This document shows positions 10,321-19,482 of a stretch of DNA of 39,813 nucleotides, one piece after another. The position numbers were made by a program, and so were the translations under genes. The stretch comes from a bacterium. Its GTDB lineage: Bacteria; Hinthialibacterota; Hinthialibacteria; Hinthialibacterales; Hinthialibacteraceae. Position 1 is the first letter of the stretch. Each line of letters begins with the position of its first letter. The notes under the pieces were generated by a model. It saw nothing but the letters and a program-made list of their open reading frames with translations, made no database searches and had not been told where the DNA came from. The DNA lies in assembly GCA_041946805.1 (NCBI GenBank), contig JBHGBC010000066.1, forward strand, positions 1 to 39,813. The letters run 5' to 3'.

Positions 10321-10524
10321 CTACACCTGGAACCCCGCCCTTCTCCAATCTTCCAAGGTTCCCCGGTACATCCAGCCGGCATTGGTGATCCAGCGGTCCA
10401 GCCATTCCCGGGAACCGATGATTTTGGGTGATTTATCCGTAGGCAGGGAGATGTAGTAATCTCCATCTTTCAACACGGAAAGCGCGATATTCTTTTTTTT
10501 GAAGATATACTCCGGCATCGGCAC
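10321..10524 (-). CDS. Small hypothetical protein (65-67 aa)
   Basis: GGAGG at 10529..10533 before GTG 10524 or ATG 10518; protein-like composition. Confidence 0.55.
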   Translation of the reverse strand: MPMPEYIFKKKNIALSVLKDGDYYISLPTDKSPKIIGSREWLDRWITNAGWMYRGTLEDWRRAGFQV

Positions 10525-10947
10525 TGGACCTCCATCCCGCCCGGTTCGGGCTTGCCGTCCCGGCCCTTCCGAAGCGTCGGCGTGACACTCCGGTGGCCGG
10601 TCAGGATTTGGTGTTACAAAACCATTTCGGTGATGGACTGCTTAGCGGGATGCCTAACGCATATTGGTACGAGAGGCGGGAAAAGAAGTAACGCGGAACT
10701 GGAGTCAAGGGAGACGCTGGACAATTTGTTACAAATAAAGAGATTCCAATTTTGGATGAATTCAGCGCCCTGAGCACGGTCCCTGGCCAATACCGGGTTG
10801 CTCCCAGGGGGCGAGTGCAGGCCGGACGCCCGCACTTCAAACAACCTCACCCTGGCCTGCTCCGGGGAGAAGGGGAATTCCCCAGAGGCAGTCATGACCG
10901 GCTACGCATGGCGCGTTAAGCCATCCGGCGTTTAGAGGCGGTCAGGG

Positions 10948-11006
10948 AAGACGATCCGGCAAAAAGTGAAAATGCAACGGATATGTTCTATATATTGTGG
11001 TGCAGG
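10948..11006 (-). mobile_element. MITE family 2, truncated copy overlapping the Maf gene stop
   Basis: GACGATCCGGCAAAAAGTGAAA...ATGTTCTATATATTGTGGTGCAGG aligns with the reverse complement of the right ends of 23741..23891 and 30715..30849. Confidence 0.7.
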
Positions 11007-12679
11007 TCATACAAAAACGAAAAACACGCTTCCATGGCTTGCCATTCGGGCGTATCGCGCAAAGCGGTTCCTTTCCTGACTTGAGCTATGAGCAGGGTGG
11101 ATAGCCGGATTCCTTCCCGCGCGCGCGCCGCGGCCGCCTCGAGCGCCTGGGACACATGATCCAACTGGTGATGGACCGCGGAACGGTCACGACGCGGGGG
11201 CTGGAGGGAATCAAAAAAGGATAGTATCGCTCCGCCTGTGGGTGGAAGTTGCCGCAGGGCTTCGCTCAGGAGCATGATCTCGGTTCCGCGCAGTCTGGCG
11301 CCGCCTTCGGTGGCGTCGATGAGGCGCGCCTGGGTCCGCGCGAAATCCTCCTCAAAACGCTGGATGTAGAGCGACATGATCCGTGACGTGGGTACGGCGC
11401 GGCCTTCCACGGCGGGAACCCACACCATCTCTTCCTGGATCGCGCCGGCGTCCGCGCGCGGGCCTAGTTCGGCCGCCCGCGCGCCTTCCCCGATGGGAGC
11501 ATGGGAACGGCGCAGGGCGGAAGCGGCGGCGTGCGTGGTTCCGCCGTGGGGATCGAACGCCAGGTCAAGACCAACGAAGAGGATCGGGTTCGCGTCCAGT
11601 TCGCGCGCCAGGTAAAAGGCGGTGTGGCCGACCGAGCCGCCCTTGGGGAGAATCCCCCAGGGACCGCATTCGCTTTCCAGCCAGCGGGTCATGACCGTTT
11701 TGTCGAGATTGAGAAACAGCGTCCGTCCCGGCCAGCGGCGGGGGATTTCGCGGTCGACTTCCGGATCGAAGGCCAGGATGGTTTCCGGCATGGGAGCGAG
11801 GCCCTCGAAATGCCGGCGGTTGAGTTCGGTGGGATCGGTGGTGACGACGACGTGCGGTGCGATGCCATGTCTCTCCAACGTGCGGCAGGCGGTATCGACG
11901 GCGATGAGCGCGGCGCGGTCGCGTGCGTCCTTCAGGAGATGCACGTTCCGGTCGAGCGAGGGCCCGGCGGCGATGACCACGGCGGGCCGGCCCTTCAGCC
12001 CCCCGCGCGCCTGAACCAGGCTGATCGAACTAAGAACAGCAGGCAGATTCAGCCACAGGTTTTCCTGGATGTGCGGGCCGGTGCGGACCATGAGGTCGAA
12101 TTCCGCCCGGGTCAGGGAAATTTGTTGCTTCACGGTTTCCAGGGCGGATTGATAAAAAGCGGCGTGGCATTGCAGGGAAGGGCGGTGAGGCAGGATCCGC
12201 AAGGTGCTGCTCACGACCGCCGGCATGAGGGAGCACACAAGGGCAGGCCATGCCGTCAGATCGGGCCCCAAGTAAAACCGCGCCCGCGGATCCGCAAGGA
12301 TGTCATCCAGGCGTGTGATTTGGAGAGCCAGCCGGAAGCCGCACGGATCGGCTTCGAGGACGACTAAGTCGAAGAAATCCGCGCGGCCGGTGTCCCACAA
12401 CCGCCGCAGCGTGTAGCCCAGGCCGATGCCGGCCAGCAGGGGAACTTGAATATTCCCATGATCCAGCGCGGCCAGTTCGCGCTCCACCTCGCGCCGGGGA
12501 TCATGACGGCTGTGCCACCAGACCGGCTCTTTCCCGCCGAGGTATTCCAGCGTGGGCCAACCGCCGGGCGTTTCATGGATCCGGTAGGCGGTTCCCAGCG
12601 GTCCCAAGGATTCCACCCGGGCCGCCAGTTCGGGCCGGTGTTGCCGTAAGGCGTCGAGGTTTTGTTGGAAAATATCCAT
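10988..12679 (-). CDS. Motility-associated factor (Maf)/DUF115 MptE-like glycosyltransferase family protein
   Basis: MDIFQQNLDAL, HSRHDPRRE, GIGLGY, AVVIAAGPSLDRN, IAVDTA, GGSVGH, ILFVGLDLAF and IDATEGGA motifs; start 8 nt after the ubiE stop. Confidence 0.88.
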   Translation of the reverse strand: MDIFQQNLDALRQHRPELAARVESLGPLGTAYRIHETPGGWPTLEYLGGKEPVWWHSRHDPRREVERELAALDHGNIQVPLLAGIGLGYTLRRLWDTGRADFFDLVVLEADPCGFRLALQITRLDDILADPRARFYLGPDLTAWPALVCSLMPAVVSSTLRILPHRPSLQCHAAFYQSALETVKQQISLTRAEFDLMVRTGPHIQENLWLNLPAVLSSISLVQARGGLKGRPAVVIAAGPSLDRNVHLLKDARDRAALIAVDTACRTLERHGIAPHVVVTTDPTELNRRHFEGLAPMPETILAFDPEVDREIPRRWPGRTLFLNLDKTVMTRWLESECGPWGILPKGGSVGHTAFYLARELDANPILFVGLDLAFDPHGGTTHAAASALRRSHAPIGEGARAAELGPRADAGAIQEEMVWVPAVEGRAVPTSRIMSLYIQRFEEDFARTQARLIDATEGGARLRGTEIMLLSEALRQLPPTGGAILSFFDSLQPPRRDRSAVHHQLDHVSQALEAAAARAREGIRLSTLLIAQVRKGTALRDTPEWQAMEACFSFLYDLHHNI

Positions 12680-12687
12680 CCTACGAT

Positions 12688-13458
12688 TTATCTCCCTCGA
12701 TACGGGCGTTGGCCCCAGACCAGGGCGGCCCCGCCGATGCCACGCGGCCGGAAGGCATAGCCGGTTTCGGCGAATCCACATGTTTCAAACAACACAAGCA
12801 GTTGGCCGGGGCTTTGAAAAGCGGCTGCTGACGAGGCCAGGTAGGCGTACATCTCCCGGGAGCCGCCGAATATCCGGCCCAGAAACGGCACCATGTAATC
12901 CATGTGGAACTTGTACAACGGCCTCCAGCCTTTCCATTCCGGTCCCGCGGTGTCGAGGCTGACAAACCTCCCTCCCGGCCTGAGTACGCGGAACGTCTCC
13001 CGCAGCGCGGTTTCGATCGAGACCACGTTGCGCAGACCGAAACCCACCACCACGCCGTCGAAGGTTTCGTCTGGAAACGGCAGCCGGCACGCGTCGCCGC
13101 CGGTCCACGCGAGCCGATCATCGCCGTCGGGTTTATTGGATCCACACCGTTCGCGCCCGGCGGCCATCATCTTGGGGGAGAAATCGAGGGCCACCACCAA
13201 CCCCGTCCGGCGCAGGCGCGCGTGAGCCAGCATGGCCAGGTCGCCGGTTCCCGCGCAGAGATCGAGAATTTTCATGCCTTCCCGCGGTTCCAGGCGCCGG
13301 ATGGCTTCGCGTTTCCACAGCCGGTGCAGCCCGGCGGTCATCAAGTCGTTCAGCAGGTCATAGCGGGAGGCGATGGCATCGAATCCCCGGCGGACAAAAC
13401 CGGACTTGGCGGAAGCATCGGGTAACGGATGCCGGGAGGATGGGGTGGAGTGGGACAT
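12688..13458 (-). CDS. ubiE: Ubiquinone/menaquinone biosynthesis C-methyltransferase UbiE/MenG
   Basis: FDAIASRYDLLNDLMTAGLHRLWK, ILDLCAGTGDLA, GFGLRNV, RVLRPGG and YAYLASS. Confidence 0.93.
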   Translation of the reverse strand: MSHSTPSSRHPLPDASAKSGFVRRGFDAIASRYDLLNDLMTAGLHRLWKREAIRRLEPREGMKILDLCAGTGDLAMLAHARLRRTGLVVALDFSPKMMAAGRERCGSNKPDGDDRLAWTGGDACRLPFPDETFDGVVVGFGLRNVVSIETALRETFRVLRPGGRFVSLDTAGPEWKGWRPLYKFHMDYMVPFLGRIFGGSREMYAYLASSAAAFQSPGQLLVLFETCGFAETGYAFRPRGIGGAALVWGQRPYRGR

Positions 13459-13954
13459 GGAATTCAGATCATTTTCATGTTTTCAATGGATCTATCGACG
13501 AGAACGAAAGTATTCTACCCAATTTTCATGATGTGTCGAATGCGGAAAAATGAAACAAGGGGCCGCGGGCGGGGGATTGTCCGAATCAGGAGGGCCAGGA
13601 TGAACAAGATGACCAGGATGGGTGAGCGGCCGCGCGAATTGAACCACGGATGACACGGAGAAAAGCCAAACCGGGCTTATAGGTCCGCCCCTATTCTATC
13701 CTTCACCCCGGCCCTTTCCGGGGGGCTGATCTCTACCCCCAAATAAAACACCATAGGGAGGGCTCTACGCGTTGTGTGGCCTAACAACAACGGCCAATCG
13801 GCTTCGAAACCCTCTCCCTCTGGGAGAGGGCCAGGGTGAGGGGAATCCTTGCTGAAATGAAAATCCTTCGGCTGGTGGAAAAACCTGGATAAGAATGGGA
13901 GGGCGAGGCTCACGCCTAACGAATGATTCCGATTCGCCCCATGTTTCCCGCGGC

Positions 13955-15100
13955 TCACCCGGAGGTACGTTCTCCCGGATCTTCACTCGGTGCTTCGCCG
14001 GATTTTCCCTCCTCAGTGACCGATTTATTCTCCTTGAATAAATCCTGGCCGAAAGCCGTCAGTCCGCCCAACGCACCCAGGCCCATCGTCTCGACCGCCG
14101 TGGAAGGGACGATCACCATCGAACCCTTGTGCCGGAGGCCTTCGTACACCATGTTCATCGCCCGCAGATGGAGGGCCACGGGATTGTTCTGATAAAAGTC
14201 CGAGGCGCGCGCGAATTTCTCCGCGATTTCCGTCTCCGCCGTCCCGAGAATGATCCGGCTTTGGCGTTCGCGTTCCGCCTGGGCCTGGCGGGACATCGCG
14301 TCTTCCAGGCCTTTGGGGATGATGATGTCCCGGATTTCCACAGCCTGCGTCGTGATTCCCCAGGCGCTGGTTTTCTCATCGAGCACTTTCTGGATTTCAT
14401 GGCCCAGGCGGTCCCGCTCGGAGAGCAGCACGGCCAAGTCGTTTTTCCCGATGGCGTTGCGCAGCGCGGTTTGGGCCGAAAGGATTACAGCTTGCTCGAA
14501 TTGCTCGACTTCCAGCACCGCTTTTTCGGCGTCCCACACGATCCAAAACGCGATGGCGTCCACATTGACGGGCACCGTGTCCGCGGTCAACGTGGTCTCG
14601 GCCCGGAAATCCGTGACGCGAATCCGCTGGTCGACAAATTGGGCCACCTTGTCGAGGATCGGGATCATCACGAAGAGCCCGGGTTTGCGGATTCCCAGAA
14701 ACTTTCCCAGGCGCAGCACGACCGCGCGTTCCCATTGGAAGGTGATCTGCACCGCCGGGGCGGTCACCAACCCGATGATGAGGGCGGTCATCAGGATTTC
14801 ACTGAAGGGGCGGAACATAAGAAACGTGATCAGGCTGCCGATCGTCCCCAGCAGCACGACTGCTTCCCCCACCGGATGCAGCCAGAGGAAGGCCGACAGG
14901 ACCAGGGCCGATATCAGGCTCACCAGGACCGCTTCCGTGGTGAACTCATGGATGTTCAGATGGACAATCAGTCCGGCCACGAGGACCGCCACGAGGATAA
15001 AGACGTTGATCGGTGTGAACCGGAAATCAGTCCGCCAGACGAAGGCGCGGGGAATTCCGGATGATTTACTCGTTTCGAGTGGATTGTTGGATACGCTCAT
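13955..15100 (-). CDS. SPFH/band 7 (stomatin/slipin) membrane protein with extra N-terminal TM helices
   Basis: QWERAVVLRLGK, TLTADTVPVNVDA, AQTALRNAIG, WGI..VEIRDI and AMSRQAQAERER; ATGA overlap with the GntR gene. Confidence 0.93.
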   Translation of the reverse strand: MSVSNNPLETSKSSGIPRAFVWRTDFRFTPINVFILVAVLVAGLIVHLNIHEFTTEAVLVSLISALVLSAFLWLHPVGEAVVLLGTIGSLITFLMFRPFSEILMTALIIGLVTAPAVQITFQWERAVVLRLGKFLGIRKPGLFVMIPILDKVAQFVDQRIRVTDFRAETTLTADTVPVNVDAIAFWIVWDAEKAVLEVEQFEQAVILSAQTALRNAIGKNDLAVLLSERDRLGHEIQKVLDEKTSAWGITTQAVEIRDIIIPKGLEDAMSRQAQAERERQSRIILGTAETEIAEKFARASDFYQNNPVALHLRAMNMVYEGLRHKGSMVIVPSTAVETMGLGALGGLTAFGQDLFKENKSVTEEGKSGEAPSEDPGERTSG

Positions 15101-15474
15101 GGCTCATTCTCCTTTCGATGATGCAATCCCTGGATCAAATCGTCGATCGTGAATCCATAGGACAAGGCCCGGGCCATCATATCAGTGAGGATTTGGTCCA
15201 ACATCCGCTGCCGTTCGAGTTCGTCGATATTGGGCCGGTGTCCGCTGACGAAAGTTCCCGAGCCTTGTTGCGTGTCGAGTATCCCCTCGATTTCCAGTTC
15301 CCGGTAAGCCCGGCTGACGGTATTGGGATTGATGGAAAGATCCACGGCCAGCTGGCGGACGGTCGGGAGCCGGTCGCCGGTTTGTAAATCACCGCGCCCG
15401 ATGGCGAATTTCACCTGTTCGATGATTTGACGGTAAAAGGGAACTCCACTCTTCGCGTCCAGGAAAATGATCAC
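15097..15474 (-). CDS. GntR family transcriptional regulator, YtrA subfamily
   Basis: SGVPFYRQIIEQVK, GDRLPTVRQLA..INPNTVSRAYRELE..GSGTFV and a short C-terminal domain; AGGAG before GTG 15474. Confidence 0.93.
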   Translation of the reverse strand: MIIFLDAKSGVPFYRQIIEQVKFAIGRGDLQTGDRLPTVRQLAVDLSINPNTVSRAYRELEIEGILDTQQGSGTFVSGHRPNIDELERQRMLDQILTDMMARALSYGFTIDDLIQGLHHRKENEP

Positions 15475-15487
15475 GGCTCGACTCCTG

Positions 15488-15536
15488 TGTATTAATGATA
15501 TATAGCTATAGTACATTAATACAACCACCAAGTCAA
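15488..15536 (-). promoter_or_regulatory. Sigma70 promoter overlapped by a 36-bp palindromic operator (probable YtrA-type autoregulatory site)
   Basis: TTGACT (15531..15536)-N17-TACTAT (15508..15513); palindrome TGTATTAATG-N16-CATTAATACA (15488..15523) with inner TATAGCTATA. Confidence 0.8.
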
Positions 15537-15608
15537 GATAAATAGGAAAAAATTCTTGTTTGAAAAGACAAAAAGGACGTTGCCGGCGGGAAACCGCTCC
15601 CAATCCCC

Positions 15609-16715
15609 TCACGCGGGATCGAGGTGGGCGGGGGAATCGAGGGCGGACACGTCCAGTTGGAATGGGCCGGTTTTACCGCGCAGATACAGGGGCGGCAGCG
15701 TCCGGTCGTGGCGGAAATAATGGAAATATGTTGGGGATGACTCCAAACCCGAGGTGAGAAACAGGCGGGTTTCGAGCCGTTCGTGCGCGTAGACGATATC
15801 CCGCCGTTTGACGCGGAAGAGACCGTCCGGGGGCAGCAGGGGATAATCGTCGATGAGGAAGCGGACGCAATCGCCCGGGGCCACGGTTTCTCCCTGGCCA
15901 TGGAGCGTCACGTAATGCTCGTAATGAGGCCGGGTCATCTGTTGGATCACAGCGCGCCGGAAAGCGAAACAGGCATCCAGCGAAGCCAGAGGCCGGACAT
16001 AGACGCGGATCGAGAGTGAATGCGGTAGGAAGGAAAGCCCGGGGATTTCGATCCATTGGTCAAAAGGAACTCCGCCGATGATTCCCCCCTGCATTCCAAC
16101 CCGGGCGGAGATATCCGTGACGGTTTCCCACAGATTGATGGTGTCGCGATCCTTGTCCAAAAGCAATACATGAGGGGATTGTGAAAACGGGGGGCGGAAG
16201 GAGAGGGCTCCTTCTTCGTCGATGTCCCACATCCAGTTCCCGGCCAGTTTGGCAAGCAGGTCGATGCAGGGAAAGAGGGGATATTCGGCGAATTCCAGGC
16301 GTCCGAAGCGGATTCCCTGTTCGAAGGAATCTCCGCGGCGCAATCCGGCAGCCGTCAGGACCTGGTTCAGGATCGTGGTGACGGTTTGATTTTCGAACAC
16401 GCCCCCGATGACGGCGTTGTCTTCGTGTTCCGGATCGAATTCCGCGTAGAGGGTTAAATAATCGTCGATCGAATCCATGCGGCGCTGGCAAACGCGCCCG
16501 CGAAAACACCGGACATGATTGATCCAGATTTCCAGGATGGATCCCAGGTCAGCGGGGAAATCCAGATCTTCGTTATAGAGTTCCAGCCAGCAGCGGCGGC
16601 GCATGGCCCCGAATCCAGAATCGAGGGTGATCTTGCGGGGAGTCTGGACCGATCCCAGGGGGCCGTTCCCCTCCGAATCGAAGAGAAGGACTTGGATGGC
16701 CGGACGGGTGGACAT
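15609..16715 (-). CDS. Hypothetical protein resembling a phage baseplate hub/tail protein (GpD/XkdQ/Mu gp44-like)
   Basis: Pattern FRGRV...FENQTVTTILNQVL..AGL...LLAKLAGNWMWDIDEEGALSFRP...VAPGDCVRF...DGLFRVKR..TRLFL. Fold assigned by eye only; start may be 16775. Confidence 0.55.
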   Translation of the reverse strand: MSTRPAIQVLLFDSEGNGPLGSVQTPRKITLDSGFGAMRRRCWLELYNEDLDFPADLGSILEIWINHVRCFRGRVCQRRMDSIDDYLTLYAEFDPEHEDNAVIGGVFENQTVTTILNQVLTAAGLRRGDSFEQGIRFGRLEFAEYPLFPCIDLLAKLAGNWMWDIDEEGALSFRPPFSQSPHVLLLDKDRDTINLWETVTDISARVGMQGGIIGGVPFDQWIEIPGLSFLPHSLSIRVYVRPLASLDACFAFRRAVIQQMTRPHYEHYVTLHGQGETVAPGDCVRFLIDDYPLLPPDGLFRVKRRDIVYAHERLETRLFLTSGLESSPTYFHYFRHDRTLPPLYLRGKTGPFQLDVSALDSPAHLDPA

Positions 16716-17000
16716 GCGAATAATCCCTTTCGCGCGTGACGGGATGTCAATTGCCTCCATAAAAGGAGAATCCACCGCGGATTTTGGAGATTAATGAGGG
16801 AGGAGGGGGATGGGATTGGGGATGGATCTCACCGGCCGGTTGGAAGGGAAACCGGTCAAACCTACTGTAAAAAAGTACAACCATGCCAGAAGAACCAAAT
16901 TGTTTTCGCTTTGTCAGGAATTCTCTTGTGTTGGTTAATTTTTTTGATAAATTACTAACCGATTCGCTTATTCCTCTTTCGATAGGAGTTTACTCAATCC

Positions 17001-17402
17001 ATGCCGCGTCCTTCCTCCAAACTGCTGACTCCCCCCGAATGGAAAGTGATGAACATTGTATGGCGCAAGAAGGCCTGTTCCGCCCGCGATGTTTATCTCC
17101 TGGCCGGCGATTTGTACGGGTGGGCGCCCAACACCGTCCGCACTCATCTCAACCGGCTGGTGAACAAGGGTTTCCTGAAAGCCACCCTGATCGGCAATTC
17201 CTACCTGTACCGTCCGAAAAAAACCCTGGCCCAATCCCTGTTCCAGGTTGCGGACGATCTGCTGGACAAAACCCTGGGAGGCCAGGCGGGTCCGTTGCTG
17301 GCTTACATGGTGCAGAAAAGCGACCTTTCTCCGGAGGATATACGGGAATTGCGTTCCATGCTCGATCAGTACGAAAAAGAAGATCCGCCCATCCGGGAAT
17401 GA
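17001..17402 (+). CDS. BlaI/MecI/CopY family transcriptional repressor
   Basis: LTPPEWKVMNIVW, WAPNTVRTHLNRLVNKGFL, YLYRP and LSPEDIRELRSML; AGGAG RBS. Confidence 0.93.
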   Translation: MPRPSSKLLTPPEWKVMNIVWRKKACSARDVYLLAGDLYGWAPNTVRTHLNRLVNKGFLKATLIGNSYLYRPKKTLAQSLFQVADDLLDKTLGGQAGPLLAYMVQKSDLSPEDIRELRSMLDQYEKEDPPIRE

Positions 17403-17409
17403 AATCAAC

Positions 17410-19437
17410 ATGTTCTCTCCCTGCCAATTGAACGCCTGGGGGGAATTGTGGGGGGCCTACATGGTCCGCAGCACAGTCGATTCCGCCTTGGCCTTTGGTC
17501 TCGTGGGGCTGGTGTGGCTGGCGGTCCGGAAGCGGTTCTCCGTCCAGACCGGTTACGTTCTCTTCTTGCTGGTTTTCGTGAAACTTTTCTTTCCGGGATT
17601 CATCTCGCTGCCCGGTTTGATTCATTCGTGGTTTTCCGTGCCCCTGGATGCCTTCCACTTCACAGGTGGCGGGTGGATCGAACGGAATATCGGCCATCCC
17701 GTTTTCAGGGAAAATGACGCGCTATCCTCCGGCATTCACGTCACTCCGGCGGCTTCCCCGCTGCCATCCACGGCTCCGGAATTATCCGGAACGTTTTGGC
17801 TGATGGCGGCCTGGGCGGGGACCGCCGCGGTGCTATTCATGCGTTTTATGGGGTATCAATGGGTGATTCATTGCCGGATCCGCCAAGCGCGGCCCGTGAA
17901 AAACAAAACGCTGCGGATGGAGTTGAAGGCCCTGACTGAACGCATCGGGCTGCGCCACCCGGTGGCCTGGGCGACGGCGGGCTGGGCCGGTTCTCCCGTG
18001 GTGTGGGGTTGGGTCCATCCCCGGATCGTCATTCCACCGGATCTTCCCCACGAACTTTCCCAAGAACAACTCCATTGGATCCTGTTGCACGAGCTGGCGC
18101 ATGTCCGGCGGGGGGATATAGCAGTCCGGCTGATCCAGAGCCTTTCCCAGATCGTGTTCTTTTTCAATCCCGTGGTGCGCGCGGTCAACCGGGTGGTGGA
18201 CCGGCTACGGGAGTATGCCTGCGACGACACGGCGATCGTAGCATCCGGCGCGTCCCGGAAGGTATGCGGCGAGGGACTCTTGCGTGTCGCCGGCCAAACC
18301 GCGGCCTGGCCGGCCTTCATTCCGTTTTCCACGGGACTGTCCAACCGAAAAAGTTACCTCAAGAATCGCATCCAAAGGATTTTAGATACACGGCGCATTC
18401 TGGAACGCGGTTGCACTTGGAGATCCCGCGCTCTCCTGTCCGCCTTCGCCGCCGTGTTGCTGCCGGTCAGCGGGACCATCGCCTACACGTCCGGAAATCA
18501 ATGGACCCGGATCGAAACTCCGGAAAGTCCCGTGCAGCGGCAGGGATACGCCATGGTGTATGATCCGGAGCGGGGAAAGGCCGTGATGTTTGGAGGCTTC
18601 AACGGCAATTTCCGCTACATGTTGAATGAAACCTGGGAGTGGGATGGAGAGGCCTGGCGGGAGATTCCCATCCCCCGCGCGGACCGGCCGGAAGAACGGT
18701 TTTTGATGTCCATGGTTTATGATACCGCGCGCAAGAAAATCGTGATGTACGGGGGCGGAGATGTAATTAAATGGAGAGGGTATGACGACACGTGGGAATA
18801 TGACGGCATCACCTGGACCAAACGGGACGTGAAAGGGCCGGGAAGCCGGAGCGGGTACGCCCTGACCTATGACGAGGCCCGCGGCCAAGTGGTTTTGTTC
18901 GGTGGTTACGATCCGGATTTGAAACCCACGGCGGAACTATGGGAATGGGATGGCGTGCAATGGCAACACATCCTGGCCGGCGAGGCGCCATCGCCGCGGA
19001 TCCTCATGTCGGCCGCGTATGATTCCCGCCGCCGGAAAACGGTGATTTTCGGGGGGACGGATGGAAAGATCTCCTTCGGCGATACGTGGGAGTGGGACGG
19101 CGTCACGTTCCTCAAGGTTGCGGAGACCGGCCCCGAGCCGCGCCTATGGGGCAGCATGACCTATGACACCCAGCGGGGCCGGGTGATTTTGTTCGGAGGA
19201 GGGACGGACCTGATCAACATGAATCCGGCACGCAGTCTGGGTGATACCTGGGAGTGGGATGGAATCCGCTGGATGGAGCTGAATCATACTGGTTCCGTGC
19301 CGCGCGAGATGATCAATATGACCCATGACGCGCGCCGGGGAAAGATGGTTTGGTTTGGAGGCGGCAGCCGGGAAACAGGGGATTGGCTCCGTTTCAACGA
19401 TACCTGGGAATTGGCCTTGGATGATTCGTGGCATTGA
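17410..19437 (+). CDS. BlaR1-like M56 metalloprotease fused to a six-bladed Kelch-type propeller
   Basis: TM segments; SPVVWG..PRIVIP, ILLHELAHVRRGD, FFFNP, REYACD and LKNRIQRIL; six repeats of YD..R...V.FGG...TWEWDG..W. Confidence 0.9.
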   Translation: MFSPCQLNAWGELWGAYMVRSTVDSALAFGLVGLVWLAVRKRFSVQTGYVLFLLVFVKLFFPGFISLPGLIHSWFSVPLDAFHFTGGGWIERNIGHPVFRENDALSSGIHVTPAASPLPSTAPELSGTFWLMAAWAGTAAVLFMRFMGYQWVIHCRIRQARPVKNKTLRMELKALTERIGLRHPVAWATAGWAGSPVVWGWVHPRIVIPPDLPHELSQEQLHWILLHELAHVRRGDIAVRLIQSLSQIVFFFNPVVRAVNRVVDRLREYACDDTAIVASGASRKVCGEGLLRVAGQTAAWPAFIPFSTGLSNRKSYLKNRIQRILDTRRILERGCTWRSRALLSAFAAVLLPVSGTIAYTSGNQWTRIETPESPVQRQGYAMVYDPERGKAVMFGGFNGNFRYMLNETWEWDGEAWREIPIPRADRPEERFLMSMVYDTARKKIVMYGGGDVIKWRGYDDTWEYDGITWTKRDVKGPGSRSGYALTYDEARGQVVLFGGYDPDLKPTAELWEWDGVQWQHILAGEAPSPRILMSAAYDSRRRKTVIFGGTDGKISFGDTWEWDGVTFLKVAETGPEPRLWGSMTYDTQRGRVILFGGGTDLINMNPARSLGDTWEWDGIRWMELNHTGSVPREMINMTHDARRGKMVWFGGGSRETGDWLRFNDTWELALDDSWH

Positions 19438-19482
19438 ACCGGGGATGAAAATCCGTCACGAAAGCGGGAATCCTCGACACAA

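Noticed and set aside
10988..12679. Maf/MptE-like gene as part of pterin synthesis with folE/PTPS
   Set aside because: The long architecture matches Maf-type glycosyltransferases, and the gene is 16 kb from folE and linked to ubiE
15609..19437. Prophage or eCIS/T6SS cluster
   Set aside because: Only one tail-like gene; no sheath, tube, integrase or att-like repeats seen
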